Shown here piece after piece: positions 16,832-26,593 of a stretch of 29,483 nucleotides of DNA. The notes beneath the pieces were generated by a model. It did no database searches. It had not been told where the DNA came from and saw only the letters and a program-made list of their open reading frames with translations. Made by a program: the position numbers and the translations under genes. Source of the DNA: Craspedostauros australis (Eukaryota); assembly GCA_030167865.1 (NCBI GenBank), contig JALAGF010005434.1:62001-91483 (forward strand). Direction: 5' to 3'. The stretch's first letter is position 1. The number at the start of each line of letters is the position of its first letter.

Positions 16832-17758
16832 ATGATTCACGAACACTTCTGCGGCATCACAGAGGTCCGACCTGGACGCACGATGTTCGCGCGATGCCTT
16901 CTGATAGGAACGACCAACATGGCCGAGGTCAGCATCAACCTCATCTGCGTGCACGGCACGATGGGCGCCTGCAAGCAGTTTGATGCGGTGTGGGAACCCC
17001 TGGCGCAACACCTCTCATCCACGTCGATGGCCATTTGGATGTTCGACACGCTGGGCTGCGGACGCACGCCCGTGCCACCGCGCGGATCGTACTCGGCATC
17101 GGACTTTGCAGACGACGCCATCGAGGCCGACATCCACGGACTCATCGTGCGCAAGGTCGATACGGCCAAACCGATGGTATTCGTCGGCCATTCATACGCG
17201 CCTCAAACCATCCTGAAGCTCGTGCGGGATTATCCCGTCATTCACAAGGCCGCTGCAGGATTCGTGTTTTGCAACACCGGATTCCACGGCAGCCACGCGG
17301 CGCTTATCAACGGCGGCCCGACGATCTTCAAGGTGCTGCCCATTTGGCTTCTGAGCTGCCTGCACCCGTTGATGACGCAGGCATTCTTGAAGCTGGGTTT
17401 TTCGGCCTCCACATCACGCGAAATTCTGGAGACGGCGAGAAACGACAGCAACAGTAACGATCAGAACATGACGCGGCATTACTGCGCGGCCCATATCTGG
17501 CTCACTCCAGAGGAAGCGCAGGAGATCGTACAAAGCGTCAACGCAACAAGGACTGGCCCACTTCCCATCGTCGTGCTTCACGGAGTCGAGGATCAGATCT
17601 TCCCAATCACGGTCGGCGAAGCCACGGTCAAGACGCTCGATGTTCAACCCTTGGTGGTGGTTGAGAAGGCAGGCCATCAGATCTACGAAGAGCAGCCGGA
17701 AGTGGTCGCCCGGGAAATCGCAAACCTCGTGCTGCAGCATTCCTTGGGTTCCAGGTGA
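16832..17758 (+). CDS. Alpha/beta-fold hydrolase (308 aa)
   Basis: Oxyanion motif CVHG, FDTLGCGRT, nucleophile elbow VGHSYA, acid LHGVED, catalytic His AGHQIYEEQPE; ATG preceded by a CA-rich leader. Confidence 0.93.
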   Translation: MIHEHFCGITEVRPGRTMFARCLLIGTTNMAEVSINLICVHGTMGACKQFDAVWEPLAQHLSSTSMAIWMFDTLGCGRTPVPPRGSYSASDFADDAIEADIHGLIVRKVDTAKPMVFVGHSYAPQTILKLVRDYPVIHKAAAGFVFCNTGFHGSHAALINGGPTIFKVLPIWLLSCLHPLMTQAFLKLGFSASTSREILETARNDSNSNDQNMTRHYCAAHIWLTPEEAQEIVQSVNATRTGPLPIVVLHGVEDQIFPITVGEATVKTLDVQPLVVVEKAGHQIYEEQPEVVAREIANLVLQHSLGSR

Positions 17759-18289
17759 AGCAAGTGAATGGAAGAATGGGAGTGCGCGGAAAGTTGATTC
17801 TGCAACAAGCCCAGCATGTACGCGCAATCGAACACGAGAATGAAATGTCCAGAGCGATTGCATGGTTTATATAGTACATTAGAGCACAGTCAATTCGGTC
17901 TCCTCTGTTGTTGCTCTGAGCTCTTGTGGAGACATCTGTAGAGTTTTAGAGAGATCTACCTCTTCCTCTCCCCACTCTCAAGAAAGATGGGGCGTGACTG
18001 CGATGTCACGGAATAATACACAATCCCCGGAGAATAGAAATGTCGCATAGACTCTTTGTATTTGTCCGCGTTTGTATGTGTTTTCACCGAAGAAATCGGA
18101 GAAGGAGAAGAACGAGATCGCCAGAACCAGCGCCTGGCCAGCACACCATTCTGAAGCGGACATTCGATGATCTCCGCTGCGATCCTTCCCATTCATCCCA
18201 TCTCAATCCGCATCTGCATCTGCATCCATCATACGAGCACAGAGCAAGACGACGACGACGGCGACAAGAAGGAAAGGCAGCTATGGATC

Positions 18290-20257
18290 ATGGATCTTGG
18301 TCGTCTGATGCGGTTCGGTCGCAACGCTGAACGCCATGCAGCCAGCAGTAGCAGCGGCAGCACTGGCGTCGCCAGCCACAGGACAATCTCATCCTCGCTG
18401 TCGCTGGCAGGTGGCGCAAAGAGAAGGAAGCGAAGGATCCCGCTGGTCCTCGTCCTCGTTGTGGCAGCCTTTGCCTTGCTTGCCATCCAGCAGTTTGCGT
18501 TCGATGACGGTGGGATTGTCATGGTGGATCTGCGCCAAATCGCGGAGGCCACAGCACCAACGGCGAAGAAGAAGAGAAAGCATCCCGGATTCCACACGAA
18601 GTTCACGTGGGTCGATGTGCTGAACCGCGTGCCGAAGGAGATGTACCAGCCGCTGCAGGAGGTGGACGCGCACAAATGTGAGGCCTGTCATGATGCCAGC
18701 GTGCGATACCGCGAATGGTCCAAGCTGGTGCACCCGTTACCCGTGTGCCGCCTCTTCAAGACGCTGTGCTCGCGAGCCATCTCGCAGAAGGCGTACGGTC
18801 CGTTGGTGGCCAGCGCGAAGATGTACAACAGTGTCCATGCCGTGTGGATCAGTCTCATCGTTGTGTTGTGCACGATTATCGGAATCGTCGTCTCGTCGCG
18901 ACAACCAGGAGCTGACCTTGGCGCGATGGGCAACTGCAGCAACTCTACTAATATGGCAGCCGCACTCGCACTCACGTTAACGCCATCACAACGACAACAC
19001 CCAACCAACATGCCGTTGCCGCGCACAACGCAACGCAACACCTCCGCCCAACGCGTGATGCACAGCCTGCAATCCTGGTGGTTGCAGGGCGCAACCTTCA
19101 CGCACCCGACACGCACATTCAAGCTCTTCATCATGATCCTCATGGTGTCCGAATTGCTGTGCTGCAATGCGCCCAACATCTCCAGCTACTCCACACCCGA
19201 GCTCATCGCCATCTCGCAACGGCTGCCGCCCGTCGATCGGTTCGTTCCTTCCGTGAGCCACTGGCTGATGCCGGATCTGAACGTGGTGACGACGGACAAA
19301 TGGGTGCGGCGGTTGGAATGGGCGCGCGCTGTACATCTCATCGCGTGGTGTGCTTTCCTCTTACTGCCGACGCGCCGATCGTATCTGGCCACGGTGTTCT
19401 ACACCATCGGAGCCGTGCTGTACTGCGTGCTGGGAGCCATTGCCGTGACGTACGAACACTTGCATACCATGTCGGGATGCATGCTGTACGTGCTTGTGGC
19501 GTGTCTGGCAATTCCGGATTTGGAAACGAACCGCCGATCCGCGGCGTGGTTGCGACACATCCTGTTTGCCGCCATCCTGGTGCCGTCGTACCTCTTCGCG
19601 GGCATATCCAAGATCCGGTACGATGGCATTTGGGTTCAGCTGACGGGATCGTGGTTCCCCACTGGTGTGGATCCGGCCCACGCCATGCTGCCGGCAGCGT
19701 TGCAGCTCATCAAGGACTATCCCATGATGCAGACCCTCATGTCGTGGGGCAACCTGGTCGTGGAGTTCTTCCTGCCATTGGCCGTCCTGTTGCACGCCGA
19801 CGTCATGCCGTTGCGGTACTTGTTCCATCTGTCGGAACTGCTCTTCCACGTATCCATCCTGATCCTCATGAGTCCCAACTTCCTGAGACACTGCCTCTTG
19901 CACATATTGGCGATGGATCCATTGGGAATCTACGACGCAACGATGATGCAGCAACGCAGGCGGCCACACAACAAGGACGCAGCACCTCCAAGCACAAGGG
20001 AGACGGCCGCATCGCGCTTGGATTGGATCCGGATCTGCATCGGCATGATCGTGCTGGCCTGGAACTTCCAGGTGCAGTTGGCATCCGACACGCGGTCGCT
20101 GCGTGGCAAACCGGGACGTGGCAATCCCTACCTGCCGGTGCCCGAGTACTCCATGTTTGTGAAATCGAGAGACCAGCAAGGGACGTGGTATCAAGGTTTG
20201 GTATTGGACATTCTCGCATTGGGACTGTACATGCGATGCATGTTCATGGGCGGCTGA
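18290..20257 (+). CDS. Polytopic membrane protein with HTTM-like domain
   Basis: Uninterrupted ORF (track start 18167; likelier ATG 18290, MDLGRL). Many TM helices; SYLFAGISKIRYDGIW...GSW resembles the HTTM Y-x-x-AG-x-x-K motif; LVVEFFLP, FHVSILILM..NF and C-terminal YLPVPEYSMF. Confidence 0.7.
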   Translation: MDLGRLMRFGRNAERHAASSSSGSTGVASHRTISSSLSLAGGAKRRKRRIPLVLVLVVAAFALLAIQQFAFDDGGIVMVDLRQIAEATAPTAKKKRKHPGFHTKFTWVDVLNRVPKEMYQPLQEVDAHKCEACHDASVRYREWSKLVHPLPVCRLFKTLCSRAISQKAYGPLVASAKMYNSVHAVWISLIVVLCTIIGIVVSSRQPGADLGAMGNCSNSTNMAAALALTLTPSQRQHPTNMPLPRTTQRNTSAQRVMHSLQSWWLQGATFTHPTRTFKLFIMILMVSELLCCNAPNISSYSTPELIAISQRLPPVDRFVPSVSHWLMPDLNVVTTDKWVRRLEWARAVHLIAWCAFLLLPTRRSYLATVFYTIGAVLYCVLGAIAVTYEHLHTMSGCMLYVLVACLAIPDLETNRRSAAWLRHILFAAILVPSYLFAGISKIRYDGIWVQLTGSWFPTGVDPAHAMLPAALQLIKDYPMMQTLMSWGNLVVEFFLPLAVLLHADVMPLRYLFHLSELLFHVSILILMSPNFLRHCLLHILAMDPLGIYDATMMQQRRRPHNKDAAPPSTRETAASRLDWIRICIGMIVLAWNFQVQLASDTRSLRGKPGRGNPYLPVPEYSMFVKSRDQQGTWYQGLVLDILALGLYMRCMFMGG

Positions 20258-20564
20258 GTCATTCCTGTAGAGTGCGAATTCTTCCTTTCCGGTGACGAAC
20301 CGTGGGAGGCAGATGACGCAATGTGAGTCAGAAGAGGCGGTCGTATCGTTCCGTTGGGCGGACAAATGGCCCGTAGTGCACTCATGGTTGGCAGACAATG
20401 ATAAACGATGTAAATGCGTTTCGCAGATGGCAGTAGGAAAAGATGAACAGTGATGATGATGACAAATGGAGTCGCCTGATGCAGTGTTGTGATGTCCTGG
20501 GCTCGGTTTGGCTGAGTTGTATGTAGAGACTAGTGAAGTTGTCAATGTCTATCAGTATGTGATA

Positions 20565-20590
20565 GTGTGTGTGTGTGTGTGTGTGTGTGT
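20565..20590. repeat. (GT)13 microsatellite
   Basis: Pure GT run between two convergent genes. Confidence 0.95.
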
Positions 20591-20682
20591 TTCTATTTGC
20601 GGTTGCTTTATATCTCTATGTGCAATGTGATATTATATGTTCATGTGGCGAGGTTGTGCTCTGCCAGGATTGCGTGATCGCC

Positions 20683-21447
20683 TTAGTTGCGGCTCGCCCA
20701 AAGCATGGACGACGACACGAGCAGCTGCCGATTCTCGTAGAGAAACTCGCGCAGCACCTTCCAATGCTCGACACGCGAGTATTGCAGCGGCGTGAAACCA
20801 CGTCGATCCTTGATCAGCAGCAGCTCCGGATGCGATTGCAGGATGCGCTGGCAGATGGACAGCTGCGGTTGGGGATGCCAGCAGGCATCATGCAACGGCG
20901 TACGGCCGCCATCATCGCAGCAACGCAATGTGACGTCGCGCGACGATAGCAAGTGTTCAAAGATCTCCTGGTATCCGCGGCGGCACGAGATGTGCAGCAG
21001 GGATTCGCCGAAGCGGTTGCAGTAGTTGCGGATGCGGTCCTGTTGCTTCAGCTTGGCAATGTCGTTGTGGCGTGTGGCAGCGACGATCTCCGGCTGGTAG
21101 CCCTTGATCTGGTCTTCCGTGACGGCTGCGAAGTAACCCTCCGCTTCGAGGTCCTTCGCCGCGCGTGTGCATGTTTCGGTGCCGCCATGGATGGCGCTGA
21201 GCAAGGCCTGGAGGTACTGATCCGGGCTCGATCGCAGGTGCTCATCTGGATGTGGCATTGCTGGTTGTGCGGATGCTGTCGTTTCGGCCTTTGCGATTGG
21301 TGTCAGCCGTCTGCGCTTGTTGGGTGAAGTGGTGGATGATGTTGAAGTTGGGCTTTCAATCTTGTCGCTTTCTTCGTGCGCGGCTCTGCGCTTGCTGGTG
21401 CTGCTCTGGATGCATGTGGAGTTCATCGTGATTGCTGTCATAGTCAT
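20683..21447 (-). CDS. Ankyrin-repeat protein
   Basis: NRFGESLLHISCRRG, DDGGRTPLHDACW, DRRGFTPLQY; first in-frame ATG at 21447 (the track start 21627 is non-ATG); basic PNKRRRL possible NLS. Confidence 0.9.
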   Translation of the reverse strand: MTMTAITMNSTCIQSSTSKRRAAHEESDKIESPTSTSSTTSPNKRRRLTPIAKAETTASAQPAMPHPDEHLRSSPDQYLQALLSAIHGGTETCTRAAKDLEAEGYFAAVTEDQIKGYQPEIVAATRHNDIAKLKQQDRIRNYCNRFGESLLHISCRRGYQEIFEHLLSSRDVTLRCCDDGGRTPLHDACWHPQPQLSICQRILQSHPELLLIKDRRGFTPLQYSRVEHWKVLREFLYENRQLLVSSSMLWASRN

Positions 21448-23257
21448 ACTGTGGTAGTTGTGGTTGCGAGTGGGAACGGATGCGGTTGCTCGTGATGGTT
21501 GCGCTTGTGTTGCTTTGATGTGTGTCTGAGTTGTGGATTGTGAGTCTTCAATGTTGAGCTTCGAGAGTCGAGGCTTCCAGTGTTGTGTCGATTCCGTTAC
21601 TTTGCACCGTTCGGCAGTGACCGACAAGTGGTCCTCCTCAAACTGGAGCCACTGTGAGTGCCAGATGGCTCATCTTTGGAGCAGCTCGTGCTTTGTCAGA
21701 GCTATGCGTGGTCCGTGTCCGTTTGGGGATGACAATTTCGTCCCTGCGCGGTATTGGATGTGGCGATCCTGTGGTGTGGTTGGCTGGTTTGTGTCTGAAC
21801 ACGCTGCTGGTTCCACGTACCGTTGTTCTGTGCCAATCGCCAGTTTCCTGGCCCGCAGTATACAGCGATACGCTGGACGGAACGACACGTCGTCACACGT
21901 CCAACTTGGTGGCTTCTCTGCCAGCTGTCGTGTTCTGTCTCGTTTGCGAGAATGGTGGAAAAAGTGGACGTGGTTGGTCCTTCCCAATTGTGATGTGTTG
22001 CTGCATCTATTGCACTCGTTGGCGAACGCGTGTCGCACGGCTGTCCACGTCATCGAAATACTTAAGCTGTTCCATTCGTGTTCGTTGGCGCAACGGCCTC
22101 ACATTTTCAGTTCGACACGCCAGTCGTATTTCTTGGTTCTGCATCAGCGCAAACGCAAAAATGACACATCACAACACATCATAGCACAGTGCGCCACAAC
22201 GGTGCTCAGCGAAAATACCGTTTCTGTTGCAACACCATCACACTGATCAAAGCGACGATGATGATGATGGCAGTTCTGAATCAGAGATGAACACCAATGC
22301 GGGCAAACGGCGTTGTACAATCGTGCACAGCGAACATGGAAACGGGGCACACACATCATACTCGCCACACTCAAACAAGGCTCATCATTCTCGGAACACA
22401 TCATCCTTGCATCAGCAGCTTGGTCTTCCCTTTTCGGCACGGATGGGCATGAATGCTGTGTCCGCAACACCACATGTATGCATGCGCTGCAAGTGCACGG
22501 ATAGGCCCATGTGAATGCAAATGAGCAGAACCACCTCTCCGTCACCGACAGCACAGGATGTGACGTCGCCGTCGTACATCTCACCAGCAACGACTCTTTC
22601 CTTCCTGCCTTCTGCGCAGATACAAACACGAATACTCAACGAGCTACTGTACTTCATAGGGTTGTTGCAGCGTGCTCTCACACATCCTCGTGGAGCGCAA
22701 AGAGGAGAACCACGTAACAGGCGAAGACTCTCCGATGATGACTCATCCACGGAGTGCATTTCACCCACGCGCCGCAAGAAAGCTGCTGCCATCTGCGACA
22801 CTCCCGTTTCCATGTGAGGCCTCAAAGTCCTCCGTCATCGCTTCATCAAAATGGCGACGATGATGACGGCGATGACTTGCGAGAGACAACGACAGAGATA
22901 CATGTACGTAGAGTCAGAGAGAAGTCTCTCTTCTCTTTTGTTTCTCTCTCTCCTCTCTCTTGGGTGTTCTCGGTCCAGTCGTCCGTTCCACCCAGTTTCT
23001 TCTCTTTCTACCCAAACGTGCCAAATTTGTGATAGTCTAATCCATTGAGTCGATGTTCGTACTATCCACGACCATGCCAAGAATCGAATTCAACCCGAAC
23101 AACAAATCGGGAAGATTCCGCCACGCGAGACAGCAACAACAGGCAAGAAGACCAAGCGGAGCAGCGGCACCGATCGCAGCGAACCATCAACATCTGCGCG
23201 TCACGGCAAAGCACTCCAGACAGTCAAGATACCCCAGGCTGGTGCTGCCATCAGTAG

Positions 23258-23280
23258 CATCATCATCATTATCATCATCA
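23258..23280. repeat. (CAT)n microsatellite just upstream of the 23286 start
   Basis: catcatcatcattatcatcatca. Confidence 0.85.
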
Positions 23281-23285
23281 CAATC

Positions 23286-24569
23286 ATGGGAAAGCTGCGA
23301 CAGCGCAATACGAAGTCGAGCAAGACGCCGGCACCGGCAGGCCCTGTTCCAACCGAGGCGGCGACTGCGAACGCGACCCAATCAGCTCGGAAAGACCCCA
23401 AGAATGAAGAGCCCGAGAAAGACGAAGAACAATCCGCCTGGGATATCATCTTGCGGCATCCGCTTTTCTGGGGAATCCTGCTGCTCGGCATTCCATACGG
23501 CCTTCATGTTGGGTACAGATACGTCCTGCTGCAACAACCGCAATGGATCAACACCGTGGCCAACCTGCCGTCCGACCGGACGTTGCGTCCGGCCGTCACC
23601 ATGACGGATCCTCGCCAGCTTCTCATCGTGGGTTCCATCGCATCCGCGACGTCCCAGGTTGCACATGAACTGTCACGCACCCTGCACATGGAGATTGGGC
23701 ATGAAGATTCAGACTCTATGTGGCAATTCGTGCGCGACGGCACCGTCAGCTGGTTCCACGGGGTGCGGTTCATGGACCCGGATCACAAGGCGCAGGCAGT
23801 GCCGTTGCTCTGCAAGGTGTCCTTCTCATTCTACAAGAACGGCAAGGGCGAGAACTACGGGTTCGGTCCCACCCTGTTCGGAACGCCCAACTACACCAAG
23901 TCCTTTCTCCATCCCAACTTTCGCACCGACTGGATGAGGGAGTGCGAACGAATGCTGTCGCAGGAATACGGTTGCGCCAGAACCCAACCGCAATCGTGCG
24001 CCACGCCCTTCGCACGCACCGTGACCCAGCATCGGCATCCCCGCAAGCTCGTCGCGAGTCTCGTCAACAAGTACTGCAATTCCGATGGCGAACTGAGGGC
24101 CGCGCCCCAATCCTTCTTGACCCTCCTTCTCATCCTCTTTCTACCCAGCAAAGGTGACGACGCCATGCAACTGTACGAACGCAAGTTCCACACGCCCGAT
24201 CATTGTCCCCGGCAGATGGCGCAGTACGTGCTGTGGTGGTACGGCGATGTGCTCCTTCCCATGGTGGATGACGGCACCGTCGATGGCAGCTTCGCGGTGG
24301 AATCGTCAGGTGTCTGTTCTGTGGGTGAGCTGGTCGGATTGTCCAGTGAGGAGACCGTGGTGTATGCACCCAACCATCACTCGTACGTAGATCATTGCAT
24401 GCATAACGTGACGAATCAAGCCGTCCCATTCGGGAGATCCAGAAACATTGGCAAATCTGCCAAAGCGAAGAAGCTCTTGTTGACGTTTCCAGGTCTGGAT
24501 GATGACGAAGTCTCAGAGATGGAAACGAGGATCCAGGATCTGGCCACCAGAATGGGATACAGCACTTAA
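23286..24569 (+). CDS. Type II membrane protein, sulfotransferase-like fold (427 aa)
   Basis: Single TM (LFWGILLLGIPYGLHVGY), then LLIVGSIASATSQVAHEL (5'-PSB-like position), EIGHE, DGTVSW and TQHRHPRKLVASL (3'-PB-like R-x-P...S). The ORF is secure; the function is inferred. Confidence 0.65.
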   Translation: MGKLRQRNTKSSKTPAPAGPVPTEAATANATQSARKDPKNEEPEKDEEQSAWDIILRHPLFWGILLLGIPYGLHVGYRYVLLQQPQWINTVANLPSDRTLRPAVTMTDPRQLLIVGSIASATSQVAHELSRTLHMEIGHEDSDSMWQFVRDGTVSWFHGVRFMDPDHKAQAVPLLCKVSFSFYKNGKGENYGFGPTLFGTPNYTKSFLHPNFRTDWMRECERMLSQEYGCARTQPQSCATPFARTVTQHRHPRKLVASLVNKYCNSDGELRAAPQSFLTLLLILFLPSKGDDAMQLYERKFHTPDHCPRQMAQYVLWWYGDVLLPMVDDGTVDGSFAVESSGVCSVGELVGLSSEETVVYAPNHHSYVDHCMHNVTNQAVPFGRSRNIGKSAKAKKLLLTFPGLDDDEVSEMETRIQDLATRMGYST

Positions 24570-25121
24570 CTGCAAATAGCCGCAGAGGCAATGTGTTGAA
24601 GTTGCGCGCAACGTGTGGATCTATCAGTATCCTCTGGTATTCTGTGGAGTCACTCTTCATCGTGTGGCCACATGTTGGTGTCGTTGATGGCTGTTGTTTG
24701 TCTGCTCGATCTCGAAGGTCGCGATGTTGTAGCATACAGCTCTTCTCCACCCCCAAGTAGACTCCAATTCAACACGCTCAAAACTGTGCAGATATCGTTG
24801 TGATCGAAGTGGTCGATTTTGCCGTTGTTTGGACAAGTTCAAAAGTAACGGCTTTCTTGATTTTCGTTCCCAACGACGCTGTTTGTGCAGGAATTCACAG
24901 AACAAGCGCACGGATACTTCGCACTGGCATCAGAGGAACATCATCAACATCAACGATGTTGTCGGAACACGTGCAGATCTCGCAAGAGAGTCCATTGGAA
25001 CCAGTGTGACCACCAGTGCTACCACCATCACTTCGCCATTCCCACAATCATCAACAACTATCGCCACCATCCCAAGCACCATCAATCCTCTTCCCCATCT
25101 CTCCCCCTCTTTCGCTTCATC

Positions 25122-26150
25122 ATGACATCGCCTCTGCTGTTCACCATGTCCCAAAAACGCAAAGGCGATGAAGTCCTCGCACCGAAGACGCCATCCGTGG
25201 TGCTGGGACGCCACGCATCCAAGCGTTCTTCCGAATCCATCAACATGTTCACACCGCGCCCTACAGGACCATTGGACATGCTGCGCGCGATGAAGTCCAC
25301 GTGGGTCGGAGAAGAGAAGGAGGACGCCGATCCTTTCCTCGCAACGATCAGCAGCATCGAGATCTCGTCCACCAACGCGCAGACCGAGCTGCGACAGCAA
25401 TCGGAGCAGATCCAGCAGAGGCTGCAGCAACAAATCCAACAGGAAGAATCCGCGGCGCAATCGGAATCGCAAGATTTGAATGCGTTGGAGCAGTCCTTGC
25501 AGCACCTGCGGCAAACGAAAGAAGGACTGCATGTCGAGATTGACAATCTGCGGCAAAAGCAAGATCAGCTGCAGTCTCGCATCTCGCGTTACCAGCAGGA
25601 AGCGTCGTACGAGATCGAAACCATGGATCAGGTCGAGGAGAATCTCAAACGCCATGTGCCGCGGTTGCGAACGCAGATCTCGATGTACGGACGAGTGACT
25701 GGGATCAAGTGGGAGTATTCGTCGGAGAATATCCTATCAGGACAAGTGGTGAGTTCGTTGTTATGCTGCGCGACGCGATGTGATGCCGAATTTCTGGTGG
25801 CGGTGGTTGATGCCATGCTTGCTCAGTATGCGGACCATGGACACTTCCACTCAAGCGACGCTTGCGGTGACTCGAGCATACAAAACTTATGAGAGCATCT
25901 TGCTAACACATCTCGATTGTGCTTTGTTTTCATGTTCATTCAACCCAACGCAAACCGAAACCGAAACCCAAACTCGACTCGGTTCAATCATACCATCATC
26001 GCTCGCGCAACCTTTGCTGCACTGCACGAACAGGCAATCCCATCGCAGCATGGATTCAAGAACTTCTCCTTGGACGTGCGGGACTTTTCGAGGTACGAAA
26101 TTGCTGATTATCTCTGGACGGCGATGAACGGAGGCGAAAGCATGCAGTAG
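25122..26150 (+). CDS. SPC24: Kinetochore Ndc80-complex subunit Spc24-like; exons 25122 (or 25146)-25748 and 26034-26150
   Basis: Long coiled coil, then LRTQISMYGRVTGIKWEY..ILSGQV; donor GTGAGT at 25749 and acceptor AACAG at 26033 give a phase-0 join to AIPSQHGFKNFSLDVRDFSRYEIADYLWTAM, matching the Spc24 C-terminal pattern (S-x-[YF]-x-x-x-x-x-LW-x-x-hydrophobic). Confidence 0.75.
25749..26033 (+). other. Spliceosomal intron (285 nt, phase 0)
   Basis: GTGAGT...GAACAG; removal completes the Spc24-like domain. Confidence 0.82.
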
Positions 26151-26593
26151 CACTTGATCAGGAGCGACGTAACGTCCACAGGTGTCAGTAGTCAGATTTG
26201 ACCAATCTCTCTCAAGGTTTAGAAAGAAATTTACTTTCACGAAAGGAGTTGGTTGCCGCCAGGCTGCGCACCGCAGAGCGGCATTGATGCTAGAGTAGAG
26301 CAGCACAGAAATCGTGGCACTTTGGCTCTCCGGTGGCAGCCATCTACCAACATTGAGTGTGCATACGTGTATGTGTCTCTTGTGTATTTTTATGTCTGTA
26401 GTCTTTGCATTGGTTGTTCCATTTATGTCGCTGGGCATGGCCGTTGCATTCGGAGTTTCGATATGGCCACGTACCTTCACTGATGCATGTATCCCATCCA
26501 TCGCACTGTCTGCACCATCCTACGAGTTGTACCAGTACGATGTTGCTGTGTACCCGCCCCTTTGTGCGCATGCGTGTTCTGTGGATGGCCAGC

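Noticed and set aside
19078..20545. Long alternative-frame (405 aa, +) and antisense (394 aa, -) ORFs over the HTTM-like gene
   Set aside because: Arg/His/Ala-rich with no motifs; typical shadows of a GC3-rich coding frame.
22227..22817. Two in-frame ORFs separated by a single TGA (possible readthrough or selenocysteine)
   Set aside because: Non-ATG start with an upstream in-frame stop, low-complexity product, no redox motif at the TGA and no SECIS recognised.
16832..24569. Hydrolase + HTTM-like + sulfotransferase-like genes as a biosynthetic cluster
   Set aside because: Interspersed with unrelated ankyrin and kinetochore genes, with no shared regulatory motif seen; synteny or co-expression data would be needed.
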